From assembly GCA_965218695.1 (NCBI GenBank), contig OZ244651.1:1120001-1184000 (forward strand): a stretch of DNA of 64,000 nt, read 5' to 3'. A program made the position numbers and the translations under genes. Below, one piece after another: positions 46,446-56,911 of the stretch. Numbering within the stretch: the first letter of the stretch is position 1; each line of letters begins with the position of its first letter. Below the pieces are notes generated by a model that searched no databases, was not told the origin of the DNA, and worked only from the letters and a program-made list of their open reading frames with translations. The DNA is from Nitrosopumilus sp. GTDB lineage: Archaea > Thermoproteota > Nitrososphaeria > Nitrososphaerales > Nitrosopumilaceae.

Positions 46446-48905
46446 GTGCCCATTATGGAATGGATGAGATCCGGTGATGGCAGCCCCCATCGCAAAAAGG
46501 GCGATGCCCTTGCGGAGCTCAGCGCCTACTCCCAGGCAATAAAATACTACACCCGGGCAATCAAGGCGAATCCGTCCGATTATGCCTCGTGCAACAACAA
46601 GGGCGCATGCCTTGCGTTGCTTCAAAGATATGAGGAGGCAATTGAATGCTTTGATGCTGCGATAAGGATAGACCCTAACACCATTGATCCTCACCGCAAC
46701 AAGGGATATGCCTTTATGTCTATTGAAAGATACCGAGAGGCCGTAGAGTACTTTGATGCGGCACTGCAGATAAATCCCAACGATGCAAACGCCACCCGGT
46801 TCCGGAAAGAGTGTACACTGTTCCTTGAGGGGTTGGAACAAGGCAGTTCTGCAGATGGCAGATATGGCTCCTCCGTGCCCTACATGGACACAGGCATCCC
46901 TGATGAGATGCCGTCTGAGCGTAATGTAGAACAATTCCTGCAAAGAGGAAAGCACTTTGCATCACTTGAAGTGCACGAGGAGGCCATGCGGTGTTATGAT
47001 GCAGCAGCAAGGATTAATCCGGGGGACGGCCGCATCGCATATTCCAAGGGACTGTCTCTCATGTCCACTGGGAAGCACAGGCAGGCAATATCGTGCTTTG
47101 AGGAGGCGATCCGTCTGGATCCGGACTGTCGCGCCTATGCGCACTATTACAAGGGACGCACCCTTGAGTTGTCCAAGGATTACGGGCAGGCAATAGAATC
47201 CTTTGATGAGGTAATCCGCCTGGATTCTGGCCGTCTCGATGCTCACCTGAGAAAGGGATGCTGCCTTGAATGCCTTGAAAGATCCAAAGAGGCAGCATCC
47301 TGCTACGACGAGATGATACGCCTGGACGCTGAAAATCCCGAACACCACAGTCTCAAAGGGGGCGCCCTTTTATCCCTCAAGGAATACCGGCATGCAATAG
47401 AATGCTTTGATGGCGCGATACGCCTGAATTCAAAGAACGTCTGGGCGCACTATTCCAAAGGACACGCGTTTTTCATGCTTTATGAGTACCGGCAGGCAAT
47501 CCCATGTTTTGACAAGGCGATTCAGATTGGCTCGGCCCCGGAATCTGCATACCGTGAAAAGGGACTCTCCCATGCGTCTCTTGACGAGAACAAGGATGCG
47601 CTCCGGTGCTATGACGCTGCCATCCTTCTCCACCCTGGTGCTAGCTGGCCATACTATGAAAAGGGAAACGTCCTTGCACACTCTGAAGATCACAAACAGG
47701 CAATCCGGCACTATGACGCTGCAATAATGCTGGAACCGGGCTATTCTGCGCCTTACCAGCAAAAGGGACGCTCCCTTGCATTCCTTGGAATGCACAGGCA
47801 GGCAATCCCATGTTTTGACAAGGCAATAAGACTCTGCCCTGATCTTCCCATGCCGTACTATTACAAGGGATGTTCCCTTGCGGAACTGGACTCCCATGAG
47901 GATGCCATACGGTGCTTCAACAAGGCACAAAGACTGAATCTTGACTTTCCTGACCTGGATTTTATGAAAGGGTGCTCCCTTGCAGAGACTGACAGCCACA
48001 AAAAGGCCATACGGTGCTTTGATGCGGTAATAAGCAAGATGCCCGATCACATCGACGCACACTGCTTCCGGGGAAAATCTCTGGCATTGGTTGGCGCCTT
48101 TGAAGAGGCAATCGTCTCATGTGACCATGCAATAGATCTGGATCCTGATGCCACTATGGCGCATTACGAGAAGGCATATGCCCACTGGAAACTTGGAGAC
48201 CATGAGCAGGCAATCGTCTCATATGACCGGGCAATAGATCTGGATCCTGACTTTTCTGACGCATACTCCGAAGAGGCAGACGTCCTTGCGGAACTTGGCA
48301 GGTATCAGCAGGGAGCCGAGTTGTGCACCAAGGCAATAGCGATAGATCCTGTCTCTTCTGAGATGTACGTCAAAAAGGCCGCATTCCTTGCAAGACTTGG
48401 TAACATAGGGCAGGCAATCGCGTGCATCGACGTCGCACTTGACGTGGATCCCGGCGATGCCCAGCTGCATGTTATCAAGGGATCCTACCTCCAAATGCTC
48501 TCCAATCATGAGGCGGCCGCGACATCCTATGACCTTGCAATAGACCTGGATCCTGGTGATCCCTACACGCACTACCTCAAGGGAACGTGTCTTTTGGAAA
48601 TCAAGATGCCCTTGAAGGCACTGGGGTGTTTTGACGCTGCGCTGAAACTGGATCCGGATCTTCTCAATGTACACAATATCCGGGGCATCACGCTTGAACT
48701 GCTCGGAAGGCATCAGGGGGCACTGGGGTGTTTTGACGCTGCGCTGAAACTGGCTCCGGATGATGCCAATATACACCACAGCAAGGGCCATACCCTTGAA
48801 TCCCTTGGGAGACATAAGCAGGCACAGGAGTGCTTTGATACGGCATTGGAACTGGATCCAAGCTTTGAACATGCTTCGTGCTACCACGACCATTCCGGCA
48901 GGTAA
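46446..48905 (+). CDS. Large tetratricopeptide-repeat protein (about 20 TPRs)
   Basis: Recurrent 34-aa KG..L......AI.CFD.AI.LDP units. Confidence 0.93.
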   Translation: MPIMEWMRSGDGSPHRKKGDALAELSAYSQAIKYYTRAIKANPSDYASCNNKGACLALLQRYEEAIECFDAAIRIDPNTIDPHRNKGYAFMSIERYREAVEYFDAALQINPNDANATRFRKECTLFLEGLEQGSSADGRYGSSVPYMDTGIPDEMPSERNVEQFLQRGKHFASLEVHEEAMRCYDAAARINPGDGRIAYSKGLSLMSTGKHRQAISCFEEAIRLDPDCRAYAHYYKGRTLELSKDYGQAIESFDEVIRLDSGRLDAHLRKGCCLECLERSKEAASCYDEMIRLDAENPEHHSLKGGALLSLKEYRHAIECFDGAIRLNSKNVWAHYSKGHAFFMLYEYRQAIPCFDKAIQIGSAPESAYREKGLSHASLDENKDALRCYDAAILLHPGASWPYYEKGNVLAHSEDHKQAIRHYDAAIMLEPGYSAPYQQKGRSLAFLGMHRQAIPCFDKAIRLCPDLPMPYYYKGCSLAELDSHEDAIRCFNKAQRLNLDFPDLDFMKGCSLAETDSHKKAIRCFDAVISKMPDHIDAHCFRGKSLALVGAFEEAIVSCDHAIDLDPDATMAHYEKAYAHWKLGDHEQAIVSYDRAIDLDPDFSDAYSEEADVLAELGRYQQGAELCTKAIAIDPVSSEMYVKKAAFLARLGNIGQAIACIDVALDVDPGDAQLHVIKGSYLQMLSNHEAAATSYDLAIDLDPGDPYTHYLKGTCLLEIKMPLKALGCFDAALKLDPDLLNVHNIRGITLELLGRHQGALGCFDAALKLAPDDANIHHSKGHTLESLGRHKQAQECFDTALELDPSFEHASCYHDHSGR

Positions 48906-49375
48906 TGCCTGCCTGCAGGGGTTCGGCGCATGACAAACTATCATGTTCTCATGCGCCGCTGATGCAACCTGTCAGGCACAACGGCACAATTTTTCAGGCA
49001 ATGTACCAATTGGCTGAATTTAACTTCAAAATCCCGATCAGTTACTGCCGAATGCAACGTTTTATTCATTTGATGCCGGAAATTTTTGCAACAAGGCACG
49101 TTTACTATCCCTTCAGGCGTGGTTTCAAGCTGAACAACTGGTACCTGTATGCAACCCAAATGGAAAAGTGAGCAAAACAATATGTTCAGCACTACGCAGC
49201 ATAGTCGTCCGGTTCTAGGCTGTTTGCCTTGTCAAAGGATTTGGCCGCCACGCCACGCTCCATTTTCCTCCAACTCCGCCCTGCTGGCGTATGCAATTTC
49301 ATTGTCAGGATCCAGCTCTAGGACCCTATCGAAACACTCTACTGCCTCATTATTCCTTCCCAGTTCCATCAGCGA

Positions 49376-50920
49376 GTATGAATTCACCTGTCCTTCCTGT
49401 CACAAAAAAATGATCATACTGATCCATATGCTGGCAATACACATCACTTTACATGGTAAATTCACGGCACATGAGCAGGGACCAGCTAAAAGAGGAACTC
49501 CTAGCACGGAACCGGGAGATTGCCACCCTCAAATCCGATCTTGAGAAGGCACTTGGCAGGATAGAACGTCTTGAAAGGGCCTTGGGGTACAGCGAACGCC
49601 TCATGACATACTATACAAACCCCAACACGCCGCCCTCATCTGAATCCCTGGAATGGAAGGCCCAGAAGAGGGAGCGGGCAAAAAAACAGGAAAAGGAGGG
49701 CAAATCCAAGCGCGGGGGAAGAAAGGGACACGCGGGGGCGTCGCGCCCCCACGACCCGGAAAGGACCGTATCCCACAGGTTCGGGCGCAGGAAGTCGGGC
49801 AGGAGGCGGGTGCCGGTGCTCCCGGAATGCGGGTGCGGCGGCGGCGGCGGCCGGATGGCGATTGGCAGTCCGCGCGTGCGGGACATCACGGACATCAGGG
49901 TGACTGCGTGCGAGACGCGGCACCGCGTGGAGACTGCAGTATGCGGCTCATGCGGCCGCAGGGAAGATGCTCCAAACGACCTGCCGCGGCGGGGCAACTT
50001 CGGCAAGGGCATGGTCGGACTCGTCTCAGAACTGCGCGCGGCACGGGTGCCGCTCAAGGGAATCTCGGTCGCGGTGCGCTCCATAACGGGCATTATGCTT
50101 GCAGGATCCACCGTCAACAACATCATGGCACGCGTCGGGGACGCCTCGGGCCACGAGGCAGGCAGGATCCTCGGGGAAGTGGAGGCTTCTGACTGTGCCG
50201 GGTTTGACGAAACCAGCTGGCGAAACGACGGCCAGAAGGTACACGCAAACGTGGCACAGTCGGGCAAAAACATCGCAATAAACATCAGCCAGAGCAGGGC
50301 CACGCTCATGCTCGATGCCATGGACAAATTTGACGGGGTGGCGATAACTGACGGGTACACCGGATATGACAGGTTTGACAAGGACGGCATGCACCAGTCG
50401 TGCTGGGCGCACGACCTCCGGCAGACAAGGCACCTGGCAGAAAAATACTGCGCCGTGCCTCCCGAGACCAAACGTGTCCGGCGGCGGCAGCAGCAGCTCC
50501 ACGAGGACCACAAGTGGGTGTTTGAGAGGGCAAAACTGCTGGCCGCGCAGGAGGCGCGCTCGCCACAGCTGCGGCATACGATGAACCGCACCATGCAGGA
50601 CGTGCTTGACCGGTACCGCGATGCCGGTGGTGGTGGTAACGATGACGACATGCAAAAGGTGCTGGACAAGCTCGAGAGGCACCTGCACCGCATGTTTGCG
50701 TTCCTGGAGCATCCCGGCGTCGAGCCTACAAACAACGCCAGCGAGAGGGCGCTGCGCTACCTGGTGGTGTTCCGCAAGATAAGCGGGCAGACCAAGGGCG
50801 GCTCCAAGGCCATGAAGCGCCTTGCAGATTTTGTCACGTGCGTCCTCACGTGGAGGGCACATGGCAAGAGCGTGGCCGAAGAAGTTGGTCGACTGATATA
50901 AGGGGCAGGTGAATTCATAC
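49376..50920 (+). mobile_element. IS66-family element B (1545 bp)
   Basis: 15-bp TIR GTATGAATTCACCTG; 8-bp TSD ATCAGCGA (49368-49375, 50921-50928). Confidence 0.95.
49453..50901 (+). CDS. IS66-family transposase (482 aa)
   Basis: [35 protein letters not shown]. Confidence 0.93.
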   Translation: MVNSRHMSRDQLKEELLARNREIATLKSDLEKALGRIERLERALGYSERLMTYYTNPNTPPSSESLEWKAQKRERAKKQEKEGKSKRGGRKGHAGASRPHDPERTVSHRFGRRKSGRRRVPVLPECGCGGGGGRMAIGSPRVRDITDIRVTACETRHRVETAVCGSCGRREDAPNDLPRRGNFGKGMVGLVSELRAARVPLKGISVAVRSITGIMLAGSTVNNIMARVGDASGHEAGRILGEVEASDCAGFDETSWRNDGQKVHANVAQSGKNIAINISQSRATLMLDAMDKFDGVAITDGYTGYDRFDKDGMHQSCWAHDLRQTRHLAEKYCAVPPETKRVRRRQQQLHEDHKWVFERAKLLAAQEARSPQLRHTMNRTMQDVLDRYRDAGGGGNDDDMQKVLDKLERHLHRMFAFLEHPGVEPTNNASERALRYLVVFRKISGQTKGGSKAMKRLADFVTCVLTWRAHGKSVAEEVGRLI

Positions 50921-51321
50921 ATCAGCGACATGCCCCTGTTAAAATACCTGGCCCATCCATCTGGATCCAGCCTTATTGCCTCGTCAAAACACCTGATTGC
51001 ACTATCATGGTCCTCAACCTCGCTGAGCAGCGCTCCCTTGTTGAGGTGTGTTATGGATTCGGCCGGGGCTATCTCTATTGCCCTGTTGGCACATCTGAGT
51101 GCTCTGTCGTACTGCCCATTCCGACACAATATGGGAACGCTGTTTACATACGCAGTATAATTTCTAGGATTACGTTTTATCTCCCTCTCAAAACACTTGG
51201 CCGCCTTGCTATATTCTCCCCTGTCGGCCAGCTCCATGCCCTTCCTTACGTCAGGCGTATACTCTTTGTTTCTCAATTTCTCATACTTGCATGCGTGTTC
51301 TATATTTGTAATGCTGTCAGT

Positions 51322-52629
51322 CAGATAACCCAGATGTGACGCATACAGACAAACTTTCAATGCAAACAGATCAATAAGGTACACGCCCCAGACGACCTTA
51401 ATGCATCACCAAAAAAGTCGCCTGGGACGCGACATGATGAACAATTCTAGGACTATCAAAGTATTGTAGACGAGACTGACAAGATTACGTCCTGCGTCAA
51501 GATCTCCAAGAGATACAACGCAGTTTATGGATCCGGCGACTTTCACGATATGGCGATGCGGGCGGCATTGGACAATTCCTACATATCAGGATCCGCGTCT
51601 GCCGTGCGGCGGGAGGCATCATCAGACTGCGGCCCCGCAAGGTCGGCGCACCGCATTCCCACAGACGAGTGGTACAGGAACATCCTTTCTATGATGGATG
51701 ACGGCGAGGTATCCGAATGCGTCGGAGACGCCATATCATCACAGATTGACAGGCTGCGCCGTATGGGAAAGACGCCTCCGGACGGCATGACCATTGCCAT
51801 TGACGCGCACTTGATACCATGCTATTGCAAGGACCACGGAGTCGAGCAGATACGCTCAAGATCCAAGCAGGGGACGGATCGTTTCATCAGGTACGTCACG
51901 GCGCAATGCGTGGATCGGGGCGCCCGCCTGACGCTTGCCGCCATACACATGCCCGCACTCGAATCCATGTCGGATTTCGTGCGTAAACTCGTCGATTTGG
52001 CCAGGCAGGCAGGCGCGAACATCAAGCTGGTGCTGCTGGACAGAGAATTCTTTGCCACCGACGTAATGAGGACGCTTGACGGCATGGGCGTCGGATACCT
52101 CGTGCCAAGCAGGAATACTGACACGGTAGTCAACGCCCTTGATGAATTTGCAGCAGGCAGGCGCGGTGCCGTGTCCGAACTGGACATAACAAACTCCGAC
52201 GGTGCCTCCTTTACGTACACGATACTCATCATGGAACGAAGAGAGCGAAAAAAGGATTCCAAGGATGAGTCCAAAAACAGGTACATTGGATTTGCCACCA
52301 ACATGCCAGACATTGACGTGGCCGTGTACGATCAGAGGTGGGGGATAGAAACCGGCTACAAGATGCTAGAGGCGATGAGGCCCAGGACGCGCAGCCAAAA
52401 CATCGCTGCAAGGAATTTTTGTTTTCTGTACTCTGTGGTGATATTCAATGCATGGGTGCTGGCAAACGCGATGCTTGCAAGCTGCCCGGCAGGAATGGGT
52501 CAGAAGGGCACTGCAATCACCCAGACCCATTTCAAATTCATGATAGAAAGCATGCTTCTTTTGCTAAGCATTATACCGCCCGAACCGCCGCCAGATCCTG
52601 TCGCGCCGTGAGCACATCTGGGTTATCTG
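51322..52629 (+). mobile_element. ISH3-like (IS4-related) element (1308 bp)
   Basis: 17-bp TIR CAGATAACCCAGATGTG; 6-bp TSD GTCAGT (51316-51321, 52630-52635). Confidence 0.88.
51550..52611 (+). CDS. ISH3-like DDE transposase; 5' end possibly damaged (in-frame TAG at 51448)
   Basis: IAIDAH, LLDREFF, FATN, YDQRWGIETGYK motifs. Confidence 0.85.
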   Translation: MAMRAALDNSYISGSASAVRREASSDCGPARSAHRIPTDEWYRNILSMMDDGEVSECVGDAISSQIDRLRRMGKTPPDGMTIAIDAHLIPCYCKDHGVEQIRSRSKQGTDRFIRYVTAQCVDRGARLTLAAIHMPALESMSDFVRKLVDLARQAGANIKLVLLDREFFATDVMRTLDGMGVGYLVPSRNTDTVVNALDEFAAGRRGAVSELDITNSDGASFTYTILIMERRERKKDSKDESKNRYIGFATNMPDIDVAVYDQRWGIETGYKMLEAMRPRTRSQNIAARNFCFLYSVVIFNAWVLANAMLASCPAGMGQKGTAITQTHFKFMIESMLLLLSIIPPEPPPDPVAP

Positions 52630-52818
52630 GTCAGTCGACCCATTTGCAGAATTGCATGATGGCCAAAAATACCCCTCTTGATGTTCATCGCATGAGCCTC
52701 TTGTGGCCGACTGTTTTGACAGGTATGCTATTGCCATGATGTGGCCTGTTCCGGGCATGGTCATGATCAATTGTGCCCTGATTTCCCGAGGCTCGTTCTG
52801 CACAAGAGATGCCGTAAA

Positions 52819-54603
52819 TCACTTGTAGTAAAAGTCGCCTGATGCCTTCTGGCTCTTGTCCAGCCTGCTTCCGGCCTTGTTTACGCGGGGCCTGAGGCTC
52901 CTCTCGTCCCTTCTAAAGGAGATCTCCAGGGATTTGAGAAACCTGTTCATGGCCGCAGCCTTTGGCATGGGGGAGGTGGCATGGCCTGCCACGCCCGACT
53001 CCCCTTCAAATATTACCATGCTGTCTGAGATTAGGTCCATCAGCTGCAGGTCGTGGTCTATTACTATTGCCGACTTGCCAAACGAGCGGACGAACTTTTG
53101 CAGGAACTTTGCCACTGCGATCCTGTCCTCTACGTCTAGGAACGCAGACGGCTCGTCTAGTGCGTACAGGTCCACCTTCTGCAGCAGGCATGATGCCACT
53201 GCGACCTTCTGCAGCTCCCCTCCGGACAGGGATCTTGTCTGCTTGTTGTAGAGTTTTTTGATCTTTAGCGGCTCCAGAATCTGCTCTTCTTCGGTGCTGC
53301 CCTCTATGGAGGCGCCGTTTGCCCTCTCAAGCACGGCTATCACCTCTGCTGGAATGTCTCCCTGCAGGTACTGCGGCTTGTATGCTATCTTTACGTTCTG
53401 CTTGATGCTGCCGGTATCCGGCTCCACGTTCCCTGCAATCATCCTCATCATGGTCGTCTTGCCAAGGGCGTTTGCGCCCATTATCCCCAGGACCTCGCCC
53501 TTCCGCACCCGTCCCGGCTCCACTGCCACTGAAAACGAGGGATAGCTCTTGGTGATGCCGGGGTATGAGACTGTATCGCTTCCCTCCTGGAATATGTCAG
53601 TTGATGAGGAGGATGCATCAAAGGAGAACTTTTTGTCCCTGAACCTGACGTTTTCGCCTGGCAGGTACCCGTCAAGGAACACGTTGATCCCTACCTTGGT
53701 TGAAAGAACGCTTGAGACTATCCCGTATGCTGCAGGCTCCCCGTACAGCACCTCTATGTGATCGCTCAGGAAATCAAGCAAGGTGAGGTCGTGCTCGACT
53801 ACCATCACGCTCCTTCCAATGTCTGCCAGCCCCTGTATCACGCGGGCCACAGACGTCCTCTGGAATACGTCGTTGTACGAGGAAGGCTCGTCAAAGAAGT
53901 AAAACTCGGCGTCACGGGAGGCTGCCGCTGCCACTGCCAGTCTCTGAAGCTCCCCGCCGCTGAGCTCGGCCAACGGCTGCTCCATGGAGTTTTTCAGGCC
54001 CAGCTCCCTTACCATCTCACGCGATACGCCCCTCTGATCGTACCTGTCCAGCAGCTCCCTTCCGGTCCCGGTAAAGGCCTGCGCGATGCTGTGTACCTGC
54101 TGGGGTTTCATCGAGGCGCGGATCTGCTTTTGCATGATCATCTCAAAGTGATGTTTTAGTTCGGTTCCCCCGTAGTACTTCAGAACCTCGTCCCATTCCG
54201 GGGGTTCCTCGTACCTTCCAAGGTTCGGCTTTAGGCTGCCGGAGAGTATGTTGATGACTGTGCTCTTTCCCATCCCGTTTCTCCCCAAGAGCCCGACTAC
54301 ATGGCCCTTCTTTGGCGCCGGAAGCCTGTAAAGCCTGAACGAGTTGGGGCCGTACTGGTGAATCTTGTCTGTTGCAAGCTCTGTTGCCAGGTTTACTATG
54401 GTGATTGCATCAAACGGGCAGACCTTGACGCATATGCCGCAGCCGTTGCAGATGTCCTCGTCTATCCTGGCCTTCTTTGTCCCCTCATCGAGTGCTATGC
54501 AGTCTGCGCCCGATTTGTTGACCGGGCAGTACTTTATGCACTCCAGGCCGCACTTTCTTGGCATGCACAGCTCCTTGTCAAGTACTGCAACGCGGTGTGT
54601 CAT
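52819..54603 (-). CDS. ABCE1/RLI1 ribosome-recycling ATPase
   Basis: N-terminal Fe-S cysteines, two Walker A motifs (GRNGMGKS, GANALGKT), two LSGGELQ; ATG at 54603. Confidence 0.96.
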   Translation of the reverse strand: MTHRVAVLDKELCMPRKCGLECIKYCPVNKSGADCIALDEGTKKARIDEDICNGCGICVKVCPFDAITIVNLATELATDKIHQYGPNSFRLYRLPAPKKGHVVGLLGRNGMGKSTVINILSGSLKPNLGRYEEPPEWDEVLKYYGGTELKHHFEMIMQKQIRASMKPQQVHSIAQAFTGTGRELLDRYDQRGVSREMVRELGLKNSMEQPLAELSGGELQRLAVAAAASRDAEFYFFDEPSSYNDVFQRTSVARVIQGLADIGRSVMVVEHDLTLLDFLSDHIEVLYGEPAAYGIVSSVLSTKVGINVFLDGYLPGENVRFRDKKFSFDASSSSTDIFQEGSDTVSYPGITKSYPSFSVAVEPGRVRKGEVLGIMGANALGKTTMMRMIAGNVEPDTGSIKQNVKIAYKPQYLQGDIPAEVIAVLERANGASIEGSTEEEQILEPLKIKKLYNKQTRSLSGGELQKVAVASCLLQKVDLYALDEPSAFLDVEDRIAVAKFLQKFVRSFGKSAIVIDHDLQLMDLISDSMVIFEGESGVAGHATSPMPKAAAMNRFLKSLEISFRRDERSLRPRVNKAGSRLDKSQKASGDFYYK

Positions 54604-54706
54604 GGTGTGGTGTTGATGGCACCTTTGTTTATACCTACTTTGAGGCGACTGCCCTGTGCACGCGGCCGGCGTTACGTTAATAGATGAGGGTTTGGTGCTG
54701 ATATTC

Positions 54707-54823
54707 AAGCCGGCCATAGCGTCAGGGTGCGACCCAATCCCATTCCGAACTTGGAAGTCAAACCTGATGTCGCTGTTGTGCTACTAAGATGCGAGAGCCC
54801 TTGGGAAGCAACAGTGCTGGCAT
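54707..54823 (+). rRNA. rrf: 5S rRNA (stand-alone)
   Basis: GGCCATAGC...CCCATTCCGAAC..GGAAGTCAAACC...GCGAGAGCCC..GGGAAG; terminal helix GCCGGC/GCTGGC; ends approximate. Confidence 0.92.
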
Positions 54824-55619
54824 TTCATTATAGTCTGGGTTCTGTACGTGGTGGCACGCTTACAGGAGAATACCCCGTGTGCTGTAGCCCATCCAATCTT
54901 CTGAATCCCCGGATGCCTCTTGTTGCCGCTCTGGGCATACATTTTAACGCGCATGCCATGGAACCGCTCAAAACGAAATGTGTATGTTTTCTGTCTTCCC
55001 AAATATTGCAGAATGGAAAAATATCACATTCCGGAAAACATGGATTTTGGATTTCCCCGACCGTCATCATTTTGCCTCTCTGATCTTTTCTTGTATTTTC
55101 TGTTGCGTGGATTCTGCCTGACCCCCATGTTGCAGCAGTTACAACCATCTTGCCAAATTCTCTGTTACAGCATGCTCTGTACCTGCATTATGGCGTATTT
55201 TTACTATTTTAAAAAAAACGATTGATTACGCATGAGTCATATTCTGAATTAAACAATTTTCTTAAACATCTAAAGTTAGGAGTCACATAAAAATTAACCT
55301 TTTTATTTGAATTGTGGAACCTAAGCTCATGGGAGAGACAAAAACATTATCGAGGAGGGATTTTCTTAAGTTAATAGGTGCGGCTGGCGCCGGTCTTGCA
55401 TTTACTCCCTTCGTTCCCTTTGGGAATTTCATGCCGAACCCCAGCACGATCAGTTTTGACAAAACCGCGATCTATCTTGAGAGCACAAAAAAACAAGCTA
55501 ATGTCAGCACAGTTCCCGTGAATTATGGGGAGACCATAAGTTATCCTAGAACCAAAGATCCCGTACTTGATGCAGAACCTTTTCGTAAATGGCAATTCAT
55601 CAGACTTCCCGAAGAACTA

Positions 55620-56719
55620 TAGTGAAAAGTGAAAGTTCGTTCCAAGTTCGGCACCTCACCGAAAGCTATGTAGATCATCTGGTCGCCTAACGCGGCATGA
55701 GCAAAGTAACACGGGAAGAACTCGAAGCAGCATACAAAAAAGAAAAAGACCTCAGGGTGGGAGTTAGAATGCTTGCAGTGCACATGGTATATTTTCGCAA
55801 AGTGAGCATGGATGATGCAGCCGTCAGCCTTCTGCGATGCCCGCGATGGGTGCGCAACTGGCTGGAACGCTTCGAGAAGGGAGGCCTTGAAGGCCTCCGG
55901 GATCTTCCCAGATCCGGCAGACCGCCCAAGATTTCGCCGGAAGCGATGGACGGCATACTGGACAAGGTAGACCGGTTCAAGACCACTCCTGCCGAACTGC
56001 AACAGGTCATACACAAGGAAACGGGAACAAGGATGCACAGGACGAATGTCAGGAAAATCATGCAAAAATACGGCCTGTCTCCCAAGGAGTCGCAAAAAAT
56101 CCACATCAACAGGGCCACCAAAACGGCCGTAAAAAGTTGGCAATATCGCCTCAAAAAGAGAATTTCACGCCTAGAAAAGGACGGTTTTGTCCTGGCCGTG
56201 CAAGACGAGGCGTTCTTCATACACGACGTAAAATCGGGTCGCAAGTATTGGTCGCCTGTGGGGGTGCCAATAACCGTACCATATACTGGAAGCCACAAAA
56301 GAATTGCCGTGTACGGCTCAATCACGACGGACGGCAGGCAGTTCTTCAGGACTGACAGCGGGTTTAACGCGCCCACTTTTGTTGCGTATCTCAAGGCCAT
56401 GCAGAGGCATTTTGGGAAGGTGGCCGTCATGGTGGACAGGGCGTCCCCGCACCGCGCAAAAGCCGTCCGGACGCTGCTGCGCGAGAACAGGAACATCAGG
56501 ATCATATACCTGCCAAAAGGCTCACCGTATCTCAACGCCGTGGAAGAATGCTGGCACCAGGGAAAACGGAACCTGCTTGTCTCAGAATACTACAAAACCT
56601 TCTTGGACATGCACAGGGCCATCTCCCAGTATTATCGAACTGCGAGATTCAATCCGGATTTGATCAAATACTTTAACAGAAAAGCTGAATTATTTTGCAA
56701 GAACTTTTGATCGCCACTA
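55620..56719 (+). mobile_element. IS630-family element (1100 bp)
   Basis: TAGTG...CACTA ends with imperfect TIR; TA duplication at a CTAG site. Confidence 0.9.
55697..56710 (+). CDS. IS630-family transposase (337 aa)
   Basis: RSGRPP, QDEA, DRASPH, LPKGSPYLNAVEECW. Confidence 0.93.
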   Translation: MSKVTREELEAAYKKEKDLRVGVRMLAVHMVYFRKVSMDDAAVSLLRCPRWVRNWLERFEKGGLEGLRDLPRSGRPPKISPEAMDGILDKVDRFKTTPAELQQVIHKETGTRMHRTNVRKIMQKYGLSPKESQKIHINRATKTAVKSWQYRLKKRISRLEKDGFVLAVQDEAFFIHDVKSGRKYWSPVGVPITVPYTGSHKRIAVYGSITTDGRQFFRTDSGFNAPTFVAYLKAMQRHFGKVAVMVDRASPHRAKAVRTLLRENRNIRIIYLPKGSPYLNAVEECWHQGKRNLLVSEYYKTFLDMHRAISQYYRTARFNPDLIKYFNRKAELFCKNF

Positions 56720-56911
56720 TAGGTGGTGCAAAAAATGATGTCTCGTCTTTTCGGACATATAGCAACATATGCCTACATCTTTGGTGTTTGTGGGAATACA
56801 AAGCCGATGAAATGAATGGCGCCTGTCCTTGTCATGGGAGTATCTATGATGTAAGTAATGGAAAATCCATTGCAGGGCCTGCTTCTGTTCAAGCAGAACC
56901 GTCAAACGTTT

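Larger units (their letters stand above)
49232..51276 (-). pseudogene. Small TPR protein interrupted by IS66 element B
   Basis: ...YFNRGMSLM | ELGRNNEAVECFDRVLELDPDNEIAY...QIL* rejoins in frame after removing the IS and one TSD; start approximate. Confidence 0.88.

Noticed and set aside
50026-51384. 452-aa ORF as a novel TPR fusion
   Set aside because: Chimera of the interrupted TPR gene reading into the IS66 antisense strand
54900-55200. Degenerate transposase-like peptide on the minus strand (VRQNPRNRKYKKR...FERFHGM)
   Set aside because: Too eroded, no TIR or TSD found; needs BLASTX
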